From positions 1 to 56,208 of IMG/VR virus record IMGVR_UViG_3300017754_001331: a stretch of DNA of 56,208 nt, one strand, 5' to 3'. The translations under genes and the position numbers were made by a program. This stretch comes from a virus (taxonomy: Duplodnaviria; Caudoviricetes). Positions 43,512-52,179 of this stretch are shown one piece after another. The number at the start of each line of letters is the position of its first letter. The stretch's first letter is position 1. The notes under the pieces were generated by a model. It did no database searches. It was not told the DNA's origin and saw only the letters and a list, made by a program, of their open reading frames with translations.

Positions 43512-44285
43512 TCAGGCTCCGAACGGTTGCATCTTGGCGCGATATGTACCGCGCACATTACCAAGGTTGGCACGAGCGCGACGCTCGGCGATCTGATACG
43601 TATATTGCTTGGCGTGATATGCCGCCAGTTCCCGGTCAGACCAGTACTGATTGGGTAGGACCAGCAGATGCTGGAGCGCCCCGTGCATGATGACTTCTTC
43701 GAGGTCGTCGAAGATAACCGAGTTCATACCTGAAGCATCGCGCTTGGGCTTGAGCGCCAAGAACATCCGCATCGTGTACGGCTCGTTGTTATCCGGCAAC
43801 GGAAGCACGACAAACTTGTCAGGAGTTATCTGGCAAATCGAACGCGGCGTGCTTGCGTCAGCGACCACGGAGTCGGGTAGGACGAACGGTTCACCGTCGT
43901 TGAACAGCGCCTCGTTATACTCATAGTTGTTGTAGCTACCCGGAGGAGTTAGGCTCCACAGGACACTGGGGTCTTCGCCCGAATAGAGATCAGCCCATTG
44001 CGGATAGAGCCGCAGGGCGTCGTCGAGCGTTAGCTTTTCCAGATGGCTGCCGTTGACGATAGCAGCAAAGACTGCGTGTGCGTCCGTGTTGACCGGTTTG
44101 TCGTAAACATATTCGTGAACCCCCGGCAGGAGGTCGAACAGCGGCACCTCGTAACGCCACGCCAGCGTACGCTCGCAAGTCCGGATCGCCGCGTCACGGA
44201 TATACTGGATCATCGTCGCAGTCGGACAGCCCGGAACGCTCGGGTTGATCTTGGCAGCCAGAGTGGAGAACGCACGATCAGCCAT
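43512..44285 (-). CDS. Head-tail adaptor / tail tubular A-like protein
   Basis: PGCP...IR.AAI..CERT..W; HGAL..L..LP...WS; position in the tail block. Confidence 0.7.
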   Translation of the reverse strand: MADRAFSTLAAKINPSVPGCPTATMIQYIRDAAIRTCERTLAWRYEVPLFDLLPGVHEYVYDKPVNTDAHAVFAAIVNGSHLEKLTLDDALRLYPQWADLYSGEDPSVLWSLTPPGSYNNYEYNEALFNDGEPFVLPDSVVADASTPRSICQITPDKFVVLPLPDNNEPYTMRMFLALKPKRDASGMNSVIFDDLEEVIMHGALQHLLVLPNQYWSDRELAAYHAKQYTYQIAERRARANLGNVRGTYRAKMQPFGA

Positions 44286-44929
44286 CAGATCACCTGCCTC
44301 GGGTTAAGCCCAGCGTCTTCCGTATCGGTAATGGTCCGGGTCTGGAGACCAGCCGCAAGCGTCTGGTTGAATGAGTCTTGGAACAGTTTGGCCCGGCCCG
44401 AATTGACATGCTCGTTATCGACCGACTCGGCGAGGAACACGACGCCGTCCGCAGCCACAGGGAGATATGCGTCGGGAAGCGCCACAATCGTCTGGTTCAG
44501 CGTATAGGCGGGAGGGACCTGTGCGTACTCACCGACGAGCACGACCCCCGTCGCAGGGCGGGGGTATAGGAAAAACTTATTGGGGTTGCGGACATGCCGC
44601 ATGAAGTTCAGCGGCGTGCCTGCCGCTTCGTTGACCCATCCGGGACTCATCTGGTCGAGAACTTCCCGATTGACCTCGGTGACAGCATCACCGTTCTTGA
44701 TCTGGAAAATCTCGACGAGACGTAGCGAGTCGCTCGGACAACTCTGGATAACCGTGTTCGCGGTTGTGGGGATATCACCGATGACCAAGAATAGATCGGG
44801 TCGCAGGATCGACATGCGGCGCAGCGTCTGATTGACGAAGCCCAACAGTACCGTGTCGCTATAGCGATACGGTGTCCGCGAGTCCTGAACAAGTACTCGT
44901 GCTTCAGCGATGATATCCGCAGGCGTCAT
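44285..44929 (-). CDS. Head-tail adaptor protein (DUF6682-like)
   Basis: II..AR.LVQD...RYSD..LL.FVN...RPD...FFLYP.P. Confidence 0.75.
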   Translation of the reverse strand: MTPADIIAEARVLVQDSRTPYRYSDTVLLGFVNQTLRRMSILRPDLFLVIGDIPTTANTVIQSCPSDSLRLVEIFQIKNGDAVTEVNREVLDQMSPGWVNEAAGTPLNFMRHVRNPNKFFLYPRPATGVVLVGEYAQVPPAYTLNQTIVALPDAYLPVAADGVVFLAESVDNEHVNSGRAKLFQDSFNQTLAAGLQTRTITDTEDAGLNPRQVI

Positions 44930-45207
44930 TCAGGCCAACCCCGTACAGCTTCAGCAGCCAGTTCGGGATCAGTATACACAGGTTCTACGGGAATGTCAGT
45001 AGTAAGATCGAGACCCTTGCTCGGCTTTCTCGTGCGCTTAGGTTTGGCGATCTCTTCGATCTTCTCGGCTACCACGGGGGTGATGAACCGCTCAGGATAT
45101 GCTTCCTGCTCGGTGACCACTTCGCAGGCAGGGTGAACCGCCATGCGCTCGTTATATTCGTAGATGAACCCGTCAGCCTTGACGCGGATATATTGTTTCT
45201 CGGTCAT
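44926..45207 (-). CDS. Hypothetical protein (93 aa)
   Basis: AAGGA SD; ATGA overlap with the adaptor gene. Confidence 0.75.
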   Translation of the reverse strand: MTEKQYIRVKADGFIYEYNERMAVHPACEVVTEQEAYPERFITPVVAEKIEEIAKPKRTRKPSKGLDLTTDIPVEPVYTDPELAAEAVRGWPE

Positions 45208-45230
45208 TGCTTTTCCTTATCGTGAAGGGT

Positions 45231-45392
45231 TTACTTTTTCGGGCGACCGCCACGGATGTTAGTGGTGCCTTCTCGCGCCAGTATCTCCATTGCACGGCGT
45301 GCACGGGCTGGATCACTATTGGCCTTAGCTGCCTTCTCGGCCTTGACTGTGCCGGGTTTGTGTAGGCTTCTGGTGTATTTATCAGCAGGCAT
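45231..45392 (-). CDS. 53-aa basic microprotein
   Basis: MPADKYTRSLHKPGTVKAEKAAKANSDPARARRAMEILAREGTTNIRGGRPKK; AAGGA SD; not in the ORF track. Confidence 0.65.
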   Translation of the reverse strand: MPADKYTRSLHKPGTVKAEKAAKANSDPARARRAMEILAREGTTNIRGGRPKK

Positions 45393-45405
45393 CTCAGTAT
45401 CCTTT

Positions 45406-45573
45406 CTACTTCTTCTTTGCTTTGCCAGCTTCGCTCAACGCGATAGCTATGGCTTGTTTGCGGGATTTGACAAGTGGGGCTTTCTTCGGACCCTTGGGGT
45501 CCCGGCCAGCGTGGAGCGTGCCGCGTTTGAACTCACCCATTACCTTGGCTACTTTGTCGGGTTTCTTGGCCAT
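45406..45573 (-). CDS. Small basic protein (DUF6496-like)
   Basis: KVAKVMGEFKRGTLH...VKSRKQAIAIALSEAG. Confidence 0.8.
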   Translation of the reverse strand: MAKKPDKVAKVMGEFKRGTLHAGRDPKGPKKAPLVKSRKQAIAIALSEAGKAKKK

Positions 45574-45574
45574 A

Positions 45575-45811
45575 TCAGTTCCTCGTATTTCCATAGCCGG
45601 TACCGGAACTACGGATGGTCTTATTACTCCGCACCACCATACTATCCAAGTTTTCTTGTCGCCGCAGGTTGCGCTCACCTCTATTACGCTGCGCAGCGGA
45701 TGCTGCCTCCTGTTGCGCCCACCGTTTCCTCACCGCTGCGTCACTTTCACCGGGGTTTCGGCGTATCCACTCTTGGGGGGATACTTGGACAAGGTTAGAC
45801 TTCTCAGCCAT
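45575..45811 (-). CDS. Small Arg/Gln-rich protein
   Basis: Packed 1 nt from both neighbours. Confidence 0.65.
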   Translation of the reverse strand: MAEKSNLVQVSPQEWIRRNPGESDAAVRKRWAQQEAASAAQRNRGERNLRRQENLDSMVVRSNKTIRSSGTGYGNTRN

Positions 45812-45812
45812 A

Positions 45813-46049
45813 TTACTTCCCTCTACGTTTGCCAGACGGGGACACAGGCCATGACTGCCGTGCAGGTCCCGTCTTCTTGGTACTCATGGTCTTGCGCTCA
45901 CTGGCGGTCAACTTCTTAGCAGCAGCTGCCGGTCGACACGCAGGATAGCCTCTTGAAGACTTCTCCGATCCGGACCGCCCACAGGGCTTACCGGTCTTTA
46001 CATCGACCCACTTCTCGCCGAACCATTTGCCGAGACCGCCCTTACTCAT
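45813..46049 (-). CDS. Small basic protein (DUF5872-like, W..EKW)
   Basis: GLGKWFGEKWVDVKTGKPCGRS...YPACRP. Confidence 0.8.
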   Translation of the reverse strand: MSKGGLGKWFGEKWVDVKTGKPCGRSGSEKSSRGYPACRPAAAAKKLTASERKTMSTKKTGPARQSWPVSPSGKRRGK

Positions 46050-46216
46050 GACTTCTTCACCCGGTTGTCTGGACCCTTCCAACCGCCGCCGCGCTTCTTG
46101 TACTCCTTAGCTGCCCACGCGTTTGCATAGGCGCTGGGATACACGTCGAACTTCGCTTTGGCCTGAGCTTTTACCGAGGACCACAGCGACGGGTTGGTGG
46201 GCTTCGGGCTGGCCAT
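46046..46216 (-). CDS. Small basic protein (YPSAYANAW...YKKRGG family)
   Basis: PTNPSLWS.VK..AK.KF.VYPSAYANAWAAKEYKKRGGGW. Confidence 0.8.
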   Translation of the reverse strand: MASPKPTNPSLWSSVKAQAKAKFDVYPSAYANAWAAKEYKKRGGGWKGPDNRVKKS

Positions 46217-46476
46217 CAGCAGTTCCATGCCTTGAGAGACAGCGCTTTGCGTGTCGGGCGACCCTTCTCGTCCTTCATCGGTCCGGGCATTCCGGACATA
46301 CGCGCACAGAAGGATTTGCGACGACCCTTGTCCTCTTTGGTCTTCGGGTTAGGAGCAGGCGGCTTGAGGCCCGGCTTGCCGGGATTGGCCTTATTGTAGG
46401 ACGCACGACCCTTGGCGTTCAAACCGCCTTTGGGGTCCTTCCCTTCCTTACGGGTCCACGCTGGGGTCTTAGGCAT
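46216..46476 (-). CDS. Small basic protein (DUF6321-like)
   Basis: PAWTRKEGKDPKGGLNAKGRASY...RRKSFCARMSG...SLKAWNC. Confidence 0.8.
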   Translation of the reverse strand: MPKTPAWTRKEGKDPKGGLNAKGRASYNKANPGKPGLKPPAPNPKTKEDKGRRKSFCARMSGMPGPMKDEKGRPTRKALSLKAWNC

Positions 46477-47579
46477 TACGCGATCCTTTCAACCGACATA
46501 ATTGCCGATGGAATAGCAGGTATCGCCGGAGGTCCGGTTACCGCTGCGGTGTGATCGAGTGTAACTGCGGTGTTTTCCGGGAGCCAAAACACTTGGACAT
46601 ACTGCCCTGCGGTCACAGTGACATAGAGCGATATCTGGAAGAACGCGCTGCCGCCATCGGTGGACTTCGGTACGGACATTTTCGTTGCAGACCGAGTAAT
46701 GTTCGTGCCATTCAGCGCAAACCAGATGGTTACGTCGTGGTCGCTGGTATCCGTGTTAGTCAGCTGCAAGTTTGGCGTCAGAGCATATGTGCCTGCCGCA
46801 GCAAACGTCAAACGTGTGAGGTTAGTACCGTCCGTCACCATCGTGATACCCGCGCCAGCGACTTCGACTGTACCGAACTTCACAGCAGCCGGGACAGTTG
46901 TGCTACCCGTCTGGTCGGTGATGTCAGAGAACGCAGCATAAGCGCGGTTCGTAACTGTGCTGAACGGAACCTTACCACTTAGGATATCGACGTTGGTGAT
47001 GTTCACCTCGCCCGTACCCTTTGGTGTAATGTTGACATCGATGTTCGTGTCAGTGCCGTCAGCAGCAAGTGTGTTACCGTTTAGATTGCACCCAGCCGCA
47101 GCATTCCCAGTCGCAAGTGTGGTCGACTCCACCAAAGTAAGCCCAGTGAACGAACCGGTGAAGGTCACACCCGAGATCGCGCCGCCTGTGATCGAGACGT
47201 TGTTCGAGTTCTGCGTGGCGATAGTACCAAGACCGAGGTTCGACCGAGCAGTTGCGGTGTCCGAAGCACCCGTGCCGCCATCAGCGATAGCAAGGTCAGT
47301 GATCCCTGTAATTGTACCGCCAGTGATAGCAGCCCTAGCGATGGACACCGAAGCCGTCCCACCGGGGGTCAGAAGTAAATTACCGTTGTCCAGCGTCGTG
47401 ATGGTGTTGCCGTTGAACTGGATGTTATCCACCGAGGCAGACACGGTGCCGAGCTTCATAGCCGTCGCTACACCAACGCCGCTGTAGACCGTCTGCTCGG
47501 TCGCAATCGGACCGCCGTCGATATGCAGCAACTGATCATACGTAGCGTTGATCGCTGATCCGGTTAGGTTAGTTGGCAT
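46476..47579 (-). CDS. Fibre protein with triple-beta repeats and C-terminal C1q/TNF-like domain
   Basis: LAIADGGTGAS...ARSNLGLGTIATQN; C-terminal jelly-roll-like AGTY...LQL...IWF..NG...GQYVQVFW. Confidence 0.72.
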   Translation of the reverse strand: MPTNLTGSAINATYDQLLHIDGGPIATEQTVYSGVGVATAMKLGTVSASVDNIQFNGNTITTLDNGNLLLTPGGTASVSIARAAITGGTITGITDLAIADGGTGASDTATARSNLGLGTIATQNSNNVSITGGAISGVTFTGSFTGLTLVESTTLATGNAAAGCNLNGNTLAADGTDTNIDVNITPKGTGEVNITNVDILSGKVPFSTVTNRAYAAFSDITDQTGSTTVPAAVKFGTVEVAGAGITMVTDGTNLTRLTFAAAGTYALTPNLQLTNTDTSDHDVTIWFALNGTNITRSATKMSVPKSTDGGSAFFQISLYVTVTAGQYVQVFWLPENTAVTLDHTAAVTGPPAIPAIPSAIMSVERIA

Positions 47580-47591
47580 TTGTCGCTCTCC

Positions 47592-50312
47592 TTACGCTCT
47601 CGGTACTACTTGCGTCCGGTACGCAAACAGCGCCTCTGACGCTTTACCCATCGCGTCATACCCTGCGGCGCTGGGATGAATATAGTCAGTCGGTATATTG
47701 AGCGCATAACTATTTCCATCGAGCAAACTCACGTCAGCCGTGTTTGCTGTCTTAAAGCTATCAAACGCCGTGCGGATATAACCCAAAGCAGTAAGTCGGT
47801 TTACGCCCGTAGTGTTGTTGGGATAATCAGGGTCACCCCCACCAAGACCGCCAGATGGCTCATGCGGTTTAATAGCAATCATTTTCAGGTTGCTGATCCC
47901 GGTCATGGCCTCCAATTTATCATAATGGTTCTGGATATAGCCTTGGTATGTTGCAGCATTAGGTACTACGGTAGTCCCGACGAAAGCATCGTTAAGACCC
48001 TCGTTGTATATGACAGAAACGGAAGTGTAGCCGACGCCTTGGTTTCGTGCGATGTTCTCCATGCGCCGCAGGTTGCGGATTTCTAGCATGTACAACATCC
48101 CTGACGTTTCCACCTCGGTAGAGTTACGAGAGAAATTCGCCGCTATCACCGTTGTCCCACCTGCTGCGTTACTATAAGTACCGCTGGGAACCAACCAAGT
48201 TGACCCAGTAGCAAGTTTTAGGATGTGGAGTGGACGACCGTCGTTTGACCGCTCAATACGTGCATTAAGCAAACCTACTTCGAGGCCGCTGTCGCTTGCG
48301 CGACTCGGCGGGTTGTTGTTGGCCGCAGCTGCCGACAACATTAACCGCTGCATGACACGGCCAGTCGTAGCGCTACTCGTGTTGTTCCGTGCGTCGATCA
48401 GGACTGCCTCGTTAAACGCGGCTCGCTGTTCTGCCGATAGACTCGTTAGCGGGAACGTGCCCTCTGAGGTACTTTCCCCGATAACCGCTGCCAAATGTGC
48501 TTGGCGCGGGCAATGCCACGGGGTCAGAAAGATGTTGCGCGGGCGGTTTCGCTCCGCCGCAAAATTTAGGATTTGCCGCAGTTGTGCGTCAGTAGCCGTA
48601 CCAGATAAGATGGCGATACCTGCTACTTCCATACTTGAAATTGGCCCGGCACCGGCAAGATTTCCAGAACCAATCGCTGTCACGTTGTTAGTCGCTGCTG
48701 CGATCTGTAAGGAAACCATGCACCAACCGCCGGAAAACACATCGGTTGGGCCAGCTGCCGTCGTTCGGCGCGGAACCTCCGATATACCCCACCCATGCAA
48801 GGCGCGGATCGTCGATCCGGAGGAACCATAAAACTCCTGTCCAACCGCATCGTTATTTGGCGCAGCAAAATAATAGCCGCTGTGACCTTCTGGGCAGCGA
48901 AACAGTAGAGCAATTGTCTGCGTTGATTGCGCCGGAGTCTTGAACCAACCACTAGTTAGCCGCAGCCATCCATCTAGCGTCCACGCGACAGTACCACCGC
49001 CGTTGGTGATGTCTGCCGTTCTTCCCCCAACGATATCGCGCAGAGCGGTACCTACGCCTTCGTCGCAGGGATAATATGAAACCACGTTTGTGGGTAACTT
49101 AAGTCTGGCGGCAGCGTCGATTGTGTTCGATAAAACCTCGGTTAGACGCGCATAGCCGTCGACAATAGCCTTGCTGGTCTTGAACTCAACCTCTTGTATC
49201 CACGGGGCACCACTGGCTGTACCAGAAACGCCCAAAAGCCGGTAGTACCGGAAAGCATAGATATTACTGCTAAGTACCGTCTGGACCTGCGTCGTAGCGC
49301 CGCCCAACGTGAACGATGCGCCGACATCGGACCAGCTGCTATTGTCGTTTGACCCCTGCCATTTCCATGTTCCGTGAGCCGCAGTCGAACTCTGTTTCCA
49401 CGTTACTTCTGTGATTACACGAGCCGACGTCTGTCCGAAATCAAACGATATCACCAGTCCAGAAACAGATACGGCATTAAACGAAATGCTGTCGGATGTA
49501 TTATTAGCAGTCAGCCCATCAACCAGATTGGGTGCTGTTCCAGCCGCTAGAAGGGTGGGACTAACGAACGCAGTAACGCTCGCTGTCCGGTCTCCTTGTC
49601 CGCTGGTATTGGTATATGATGGTGCGCCTTCGGCAAGTCGTGCAGTTGAAGCTGCGTTCGGGTAGCGAGCTATTTCCGTCGCTACAGGACCAACGTCGTT
49701 TCTGTAGCGGATGATGTCGTTACCAGAGACAACTTGGAACTGCTGACCGGTTGTCGTTGCAGCCAGTCCGGCAGCTGTATCAGCATAGACCGCAGCGTTG
49801 ACGTAAGCTGCGTCACGGGCAGTTTCGGCGGCAGTCTGTGCAGCCTCTGCATTTGTCTCGGCAAGCTGCGCTGCGTTACGCGCATTTTCCGCCGCGAGTT
49901 GGGCGGCTTCCGCATTGGTCTCAGCAGTTTCTGCATTGGTCTCAGCAGTCTCTGCGTTGGTCTCAGCGAGTTGCGCTGCATCCCGCGCTGCTTCAGCCGC
50001 AGTCTGTGCTGCGATCACGCTAGCATATGAACTCCACCCAGAACCGTTATAGACTGTGGTGTATTTGGTAGCTGAGTCGAGGTAGTAATCCCCGATTTGT
50101 AGCGCATCGCCGTTCAGCCGAGCCGAAGGGGCGCTGTTCAAAACGCCAAGATAGTACTGGAGTGGTAGGTCCTCAACCATACCTTCGGCAAGCTGAGACC
50201 GATCAATGCGCTTCGTCGACGCCGTCGAGGCATCATAGATGACGAGCTTGTCGTCGTTTGATGATGCTGCGCCAGAGAGCGGATCAAGGTCGGGAATGCG
50301 TTTGCCAGCCAT
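47592..50312 (-). CDS. Multidomain fibre: anchor, coiled coil, discoidin-like, LamG-like and SGNH/O-acetylesterase-like domains
   Basis: AETN heptad repeats; WKWQGSNDNSSW...FRYYRL..EVEF; YYPCDEG.G; GESTSEG / EGLND / DYIHP SGNH-type blocks. Confidence 0.75.
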   Translation of the reverse strand: MAGKRIPDLDPLSGAASSNDDKLVIYDASTASTKRIDRSQLAEGMVEDLPLQYYLGVLNSAPSARLNGDALQIGDYYLDSATKYTTVYNGSGWSSYASVIAAQTAAEAARDAAQLAETNAETAETNAETAETNAEAAQLAAENARNAAQLAETNAEAAQTAAETARDAAYVNAAVYADTAAGLAATTTGQQFQVVSGNDIIRYRNDVGPVATEIARYPNAASTARLAEGAPSYTNTSGQGDRTASVTAFVSPTLLAAGTAPNLVDGLTANNTSDSISFNAVSVSGLVISFDFGQTSARVITEVTWKQSSTAAHGTWKWQGSNDNSSWSDVGASFTLGGATTQVQTVLSSNIYAFRYYRLLGVSGTASGAPWIQEVEFKTSKAIVDGYARLTEVLSNTIDAAARLKLPTNVVSYYPCDEGVGTALRDIVGGRTADITNGGGTVAWTLDGWLRLTSGWFKTPAQSTQTIALLFRCPEGHSGYYFAAPNNDAVGQEFYGSSGSTIRALHGWGISEVPRRTTAAGPTDVFSGGWCMVSLQIAAATNNVTAIGSGNLAGAGPISSMEVAGIAILSGTATDAQLRQILNFAAERNRPRNIFLTPWHCPRQAHLAAVIGESTSEGTFPLTSLSAEQRAAFNEAVLIDARNNTSSATTGRVMQRLMLSAAAANNNPPSRASDSGLEVGLLNARIERSNDGRPLHILKLATGSTWLVPSGTYSNAAGGTTVIAANFSRNSTEVETSGMLYMLEIRNLRRMENIARNQGVGYTSVSVIYNEGLNDAFVGTTVVPNAATYQGYIQNHYDKLEAMTGISNLKMIAIKPHEPSGGLGGGDPDYPNNTTGVNRLTALGYIRTAFDSFKTANTADVSLLDGNSYALNIPTDYIHPSAAGYDAMGKASEALFAYRTQVVPRA
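49840..49975 (-). repeat. 21-bp coding tandem repeats (heptad AETNAET)
   Basis: TCTGC(A/G)TTGGTCTCAGCAG repeated within the 906-aa fibre gene. Confidence 0.8.
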
Positions 50313-50330
50313 ATCTCTATCCTATGTTGA

Positions 50331-50350
50331 TGGGGGCGCGAAGCCCCCAC
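50331..50350 (-). other. Intergenic stable hairpin
   Basis: GTGGGGGC...GCCCCCAT around TTCG on the - strand; no U-tract. Confidence 0.55.
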
Positions 50351-50353
50351 CGT

Positions 50354-50668
50354 TTACGCCGGGGTGACTGCGTTAGAGCCGTCAGCACGAACCCAAGTCG
50401 AGTTGGCGTTGGCCCCTGTTGCAATCATCAGGCGACTGTTAGTCGTATCGAACACGATGGTTCCGGCAGCCTTGCCGGTCGTATTCACTGCATTGCCGAT
50501 AGCACCGATCTCAGCAGCCGTGTTAGTGCGAAGCTGGATATAACCAGTGGTCGCATCAACATTGCCAGTGAGCGTGCCGCCAAGCGTAGCGCCGGACAGC
50601 GTGACGTTATAGAGCGTGCCGCCCTGAATGGTCACATTGTCCTGAGTAATACCGCGATAAACACCCAT
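50354..50668 (-). CDS. Small structural protein (head decoration/fibre-base-like)
   Basis: Thr/Gly/Asn-rich; AGGAGG SD; follows the capsid decoration gene. Confidence 0.75.
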   Translation of the reverse strand: MGVYRGITQDNVTIQGGTLYNVTLSGATLGGTLTGNVDATTGYIQLRTNTAAEIGAIGNAVNTTGKAAGTIVFDTTNSRLMIATGANANSTWVRADGSNAVTPA

Positions 50669-50673
50669 GATAA

Positions 50674-50732
50674 CCTCCTAAGAAGGAGGGGCTGCCTTCC
50701 GACCGGGAACCCCCAATCCAGCCAGCAGCCCC
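50674..50732 (-). promoter_or_regulatory. Structured intergenic RNA element overlapping an SD-sequestering hairpin
   Basis: GGGGCTGC/GCAGCCCC stem with an inner stem and G-rich loop, followed by CCTCCT-TCTT-AGGAGG. Confidence 0.5.
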
Positions 50733-50738
50733 AAACTA

Positions 50739-51191
50739 TTAAGCGCAGTTAGCGACGATAGCCCATGCCTTCACAACAGCGTTGGCCGGAACCGCCGTAT
50801 TGAGAAGAATGTCAATGGTGTCAGCCGTCTTGATAACCGTGGGGTTAGCAAGGTTGTCCGAGTCCATTGCTACAGCGTTCGATGCGAAGTCATCGCAGTA
50901 GACGTTGGCAGCGGCAGGCGAACCACCGGTATAACCGAAGTCGAACGTCGCGGTCGTGTTGGTCGTTTCCGCCGAGACGACGTTCAGACCAGCAGCGAGA
51001 ACTACCGAGTAAGCCGGGAGGTTGATAACCTGAAGGGTATCGGTAGCAGCCAGAGCCGTAGCACCAGCAGCAGCACGCGCTGCGACAATCGCAGCAAAGT
51101 CGAGTTCGACTTCAAACTTGTAGACACATGCAGTGTCCGGATACGCAGCGGTACCCTTATTGAAGCCGAGAGAGTCAGTATAAGCAGCCAT
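50739..51191 (-). CDS. Capsid decoration/cement protein
   Basis: 150-aa beta-rich protein directly after the MCP (DTLQVINLPA..VV...ADTIDI). Confidence 0.72.
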   Translation of the reverse strand: MAAYTDSLGFNKGTAAYPDTACVYKFEVELDFAAIVAARAAAGATALAATDTLQVINLPAYSVVLAAGLNVVSAETTNTTATFDFGYTGGSPAAANVYCDDFASNAVAMDSDNLANPTVIKTADTIDILLNTAVPANAVVKAWAIVANCA

Positions 51192-51211
51192 CTTTAAATC
51201 CTTTCGAGCAA

Positions 51212-51235
51212 GACAGGGGGCCGAGGCCCCCCGTC
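51212..51235 (-). terminator. GC hairpin after the major capsid gene (attenuator or stabilizer)
   Basis: GACGGGGGGC-CTCG-GCCCCCTGTC followed by a weak U-tract. Confidence 0.5.
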
Positions 51236-51239
51236 AAAA

Positions 51240-52163
51240 TCAGAACTGAACCACAGAAGTCGAGAGCGCTTCGCCCTTGACGACCTTGTAGCCATACACC
51301 TGAAGACCACGGATGATGTTACCGAAGGTCGTTTCAGAGCGGATGGTTTCCATGTTGGTCATCTGCGAGGCAAAGGTGAAGCCCATCTTGTGCCCAGCGA
51401 TGATGTTGTACTTGCCCGAAGACACGTACAGGTTGTGGCTCACATAGAGGGTGAACCGGTCAACCATGCCGAGACGGCCATTGCGGACAATCGACTGGCT
51501 GTCGCCGGTCAGCGATGCGTCCTTCAGTTCCGACTTCTTGATCAGACCAGCCATCTTGGCAGGAATGACGAGGAAGCGGTCGGCTTCCGGAGCATTTGCT
51601 TCATCGAGGACGGTGCCCATGTCGACGATCAGGTCGATCACCGAGGTGGTGCCGCCAGCGCCGTCCTTGGTCACGGTCAGCGGAGCGCCGGTCGTACCGA
51701 GGTTGAACGAAGCCGACTGCTCACCGGCAGTTGCGCCCTTGTTGGTGGCAGCGATGTCGGGCAGCAGGTCAGTCAGGACGCGCTGGTCGATCTTGATCTT
51801 CATACGCTCGGAAGCGTCCTTCGACCAAGTGTCCATCAGGTTGATGTCCGACTGCACCTTATCTACGTCGTCTTCGACGCAAGCAAAGTATTCGCCCTTG
51901 TCGATGACAAGCTGGAGCTTCGGCTTGTCCGGATTTTCGACGGTCAGGCTCTGGCCCTTGACGTAGTCACGGATCGTGATTTCCGGCGTGGTGCGGATGT
52001 TGACGGTGTCGCCATACTGGCGGATTTCACCTTCATAGTCGGTGTTCGAAATTGCTGCGAGCACGGTGGCGTCGTAGAAATTTTCGATCAGCTTACCCGA
52101 CCAGATTTCGGGAATGAAGTTGCCCGAGTAATTCGGACGACCGGGAGAAACAGGATACGACAT
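51240..52163 (-). CDS. Major capsid protein (P22 coat-like HK97 fold)
   Basis: FIPEIWSGKL...DYEGEI..YGDTVNI...NGRLG.VDRF..YVSHNL...RGLQVYGYKV; strong codon bias. Confidence 0.92.
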   Translation of the reverse strand: MSYPVSPGRPNYSGNFIPEIWSGKLIENFYDATVLAAISNTDYEGEIRQYGDTVNIRTTPEITIRDYVKGQSLTVENPDKPKLQLVIDKGEYFACVEDDVDKVQSDINLMDTWSKDASERMKIKIDQRVLTDLLPDIAATNKGATAGEQSASFNLGTTGAPLTVTKDGAGGTTSVIDLIVDMGTVLDEANAPEADRFLVIPAKMAGLIKKSELKDASLTGDSQSIVRNGRLGMVDRFTLYVSHNLYVSSGKYNIIAGHKMGFTFASQMTNMETIRSETTFGNIIRGLQVYGYKVVKGEALSTSVVQF

Positions 52164-52179
52164 AGTGAACTCTTTCTAA

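Noticed and set aside
39520-50312. Diversity-generating retroelement or invertase acting on the fibre genes
   Set aside because: No reverse transcriptase, TR/VR pair, invertase or flanking inverted repeats were seen.
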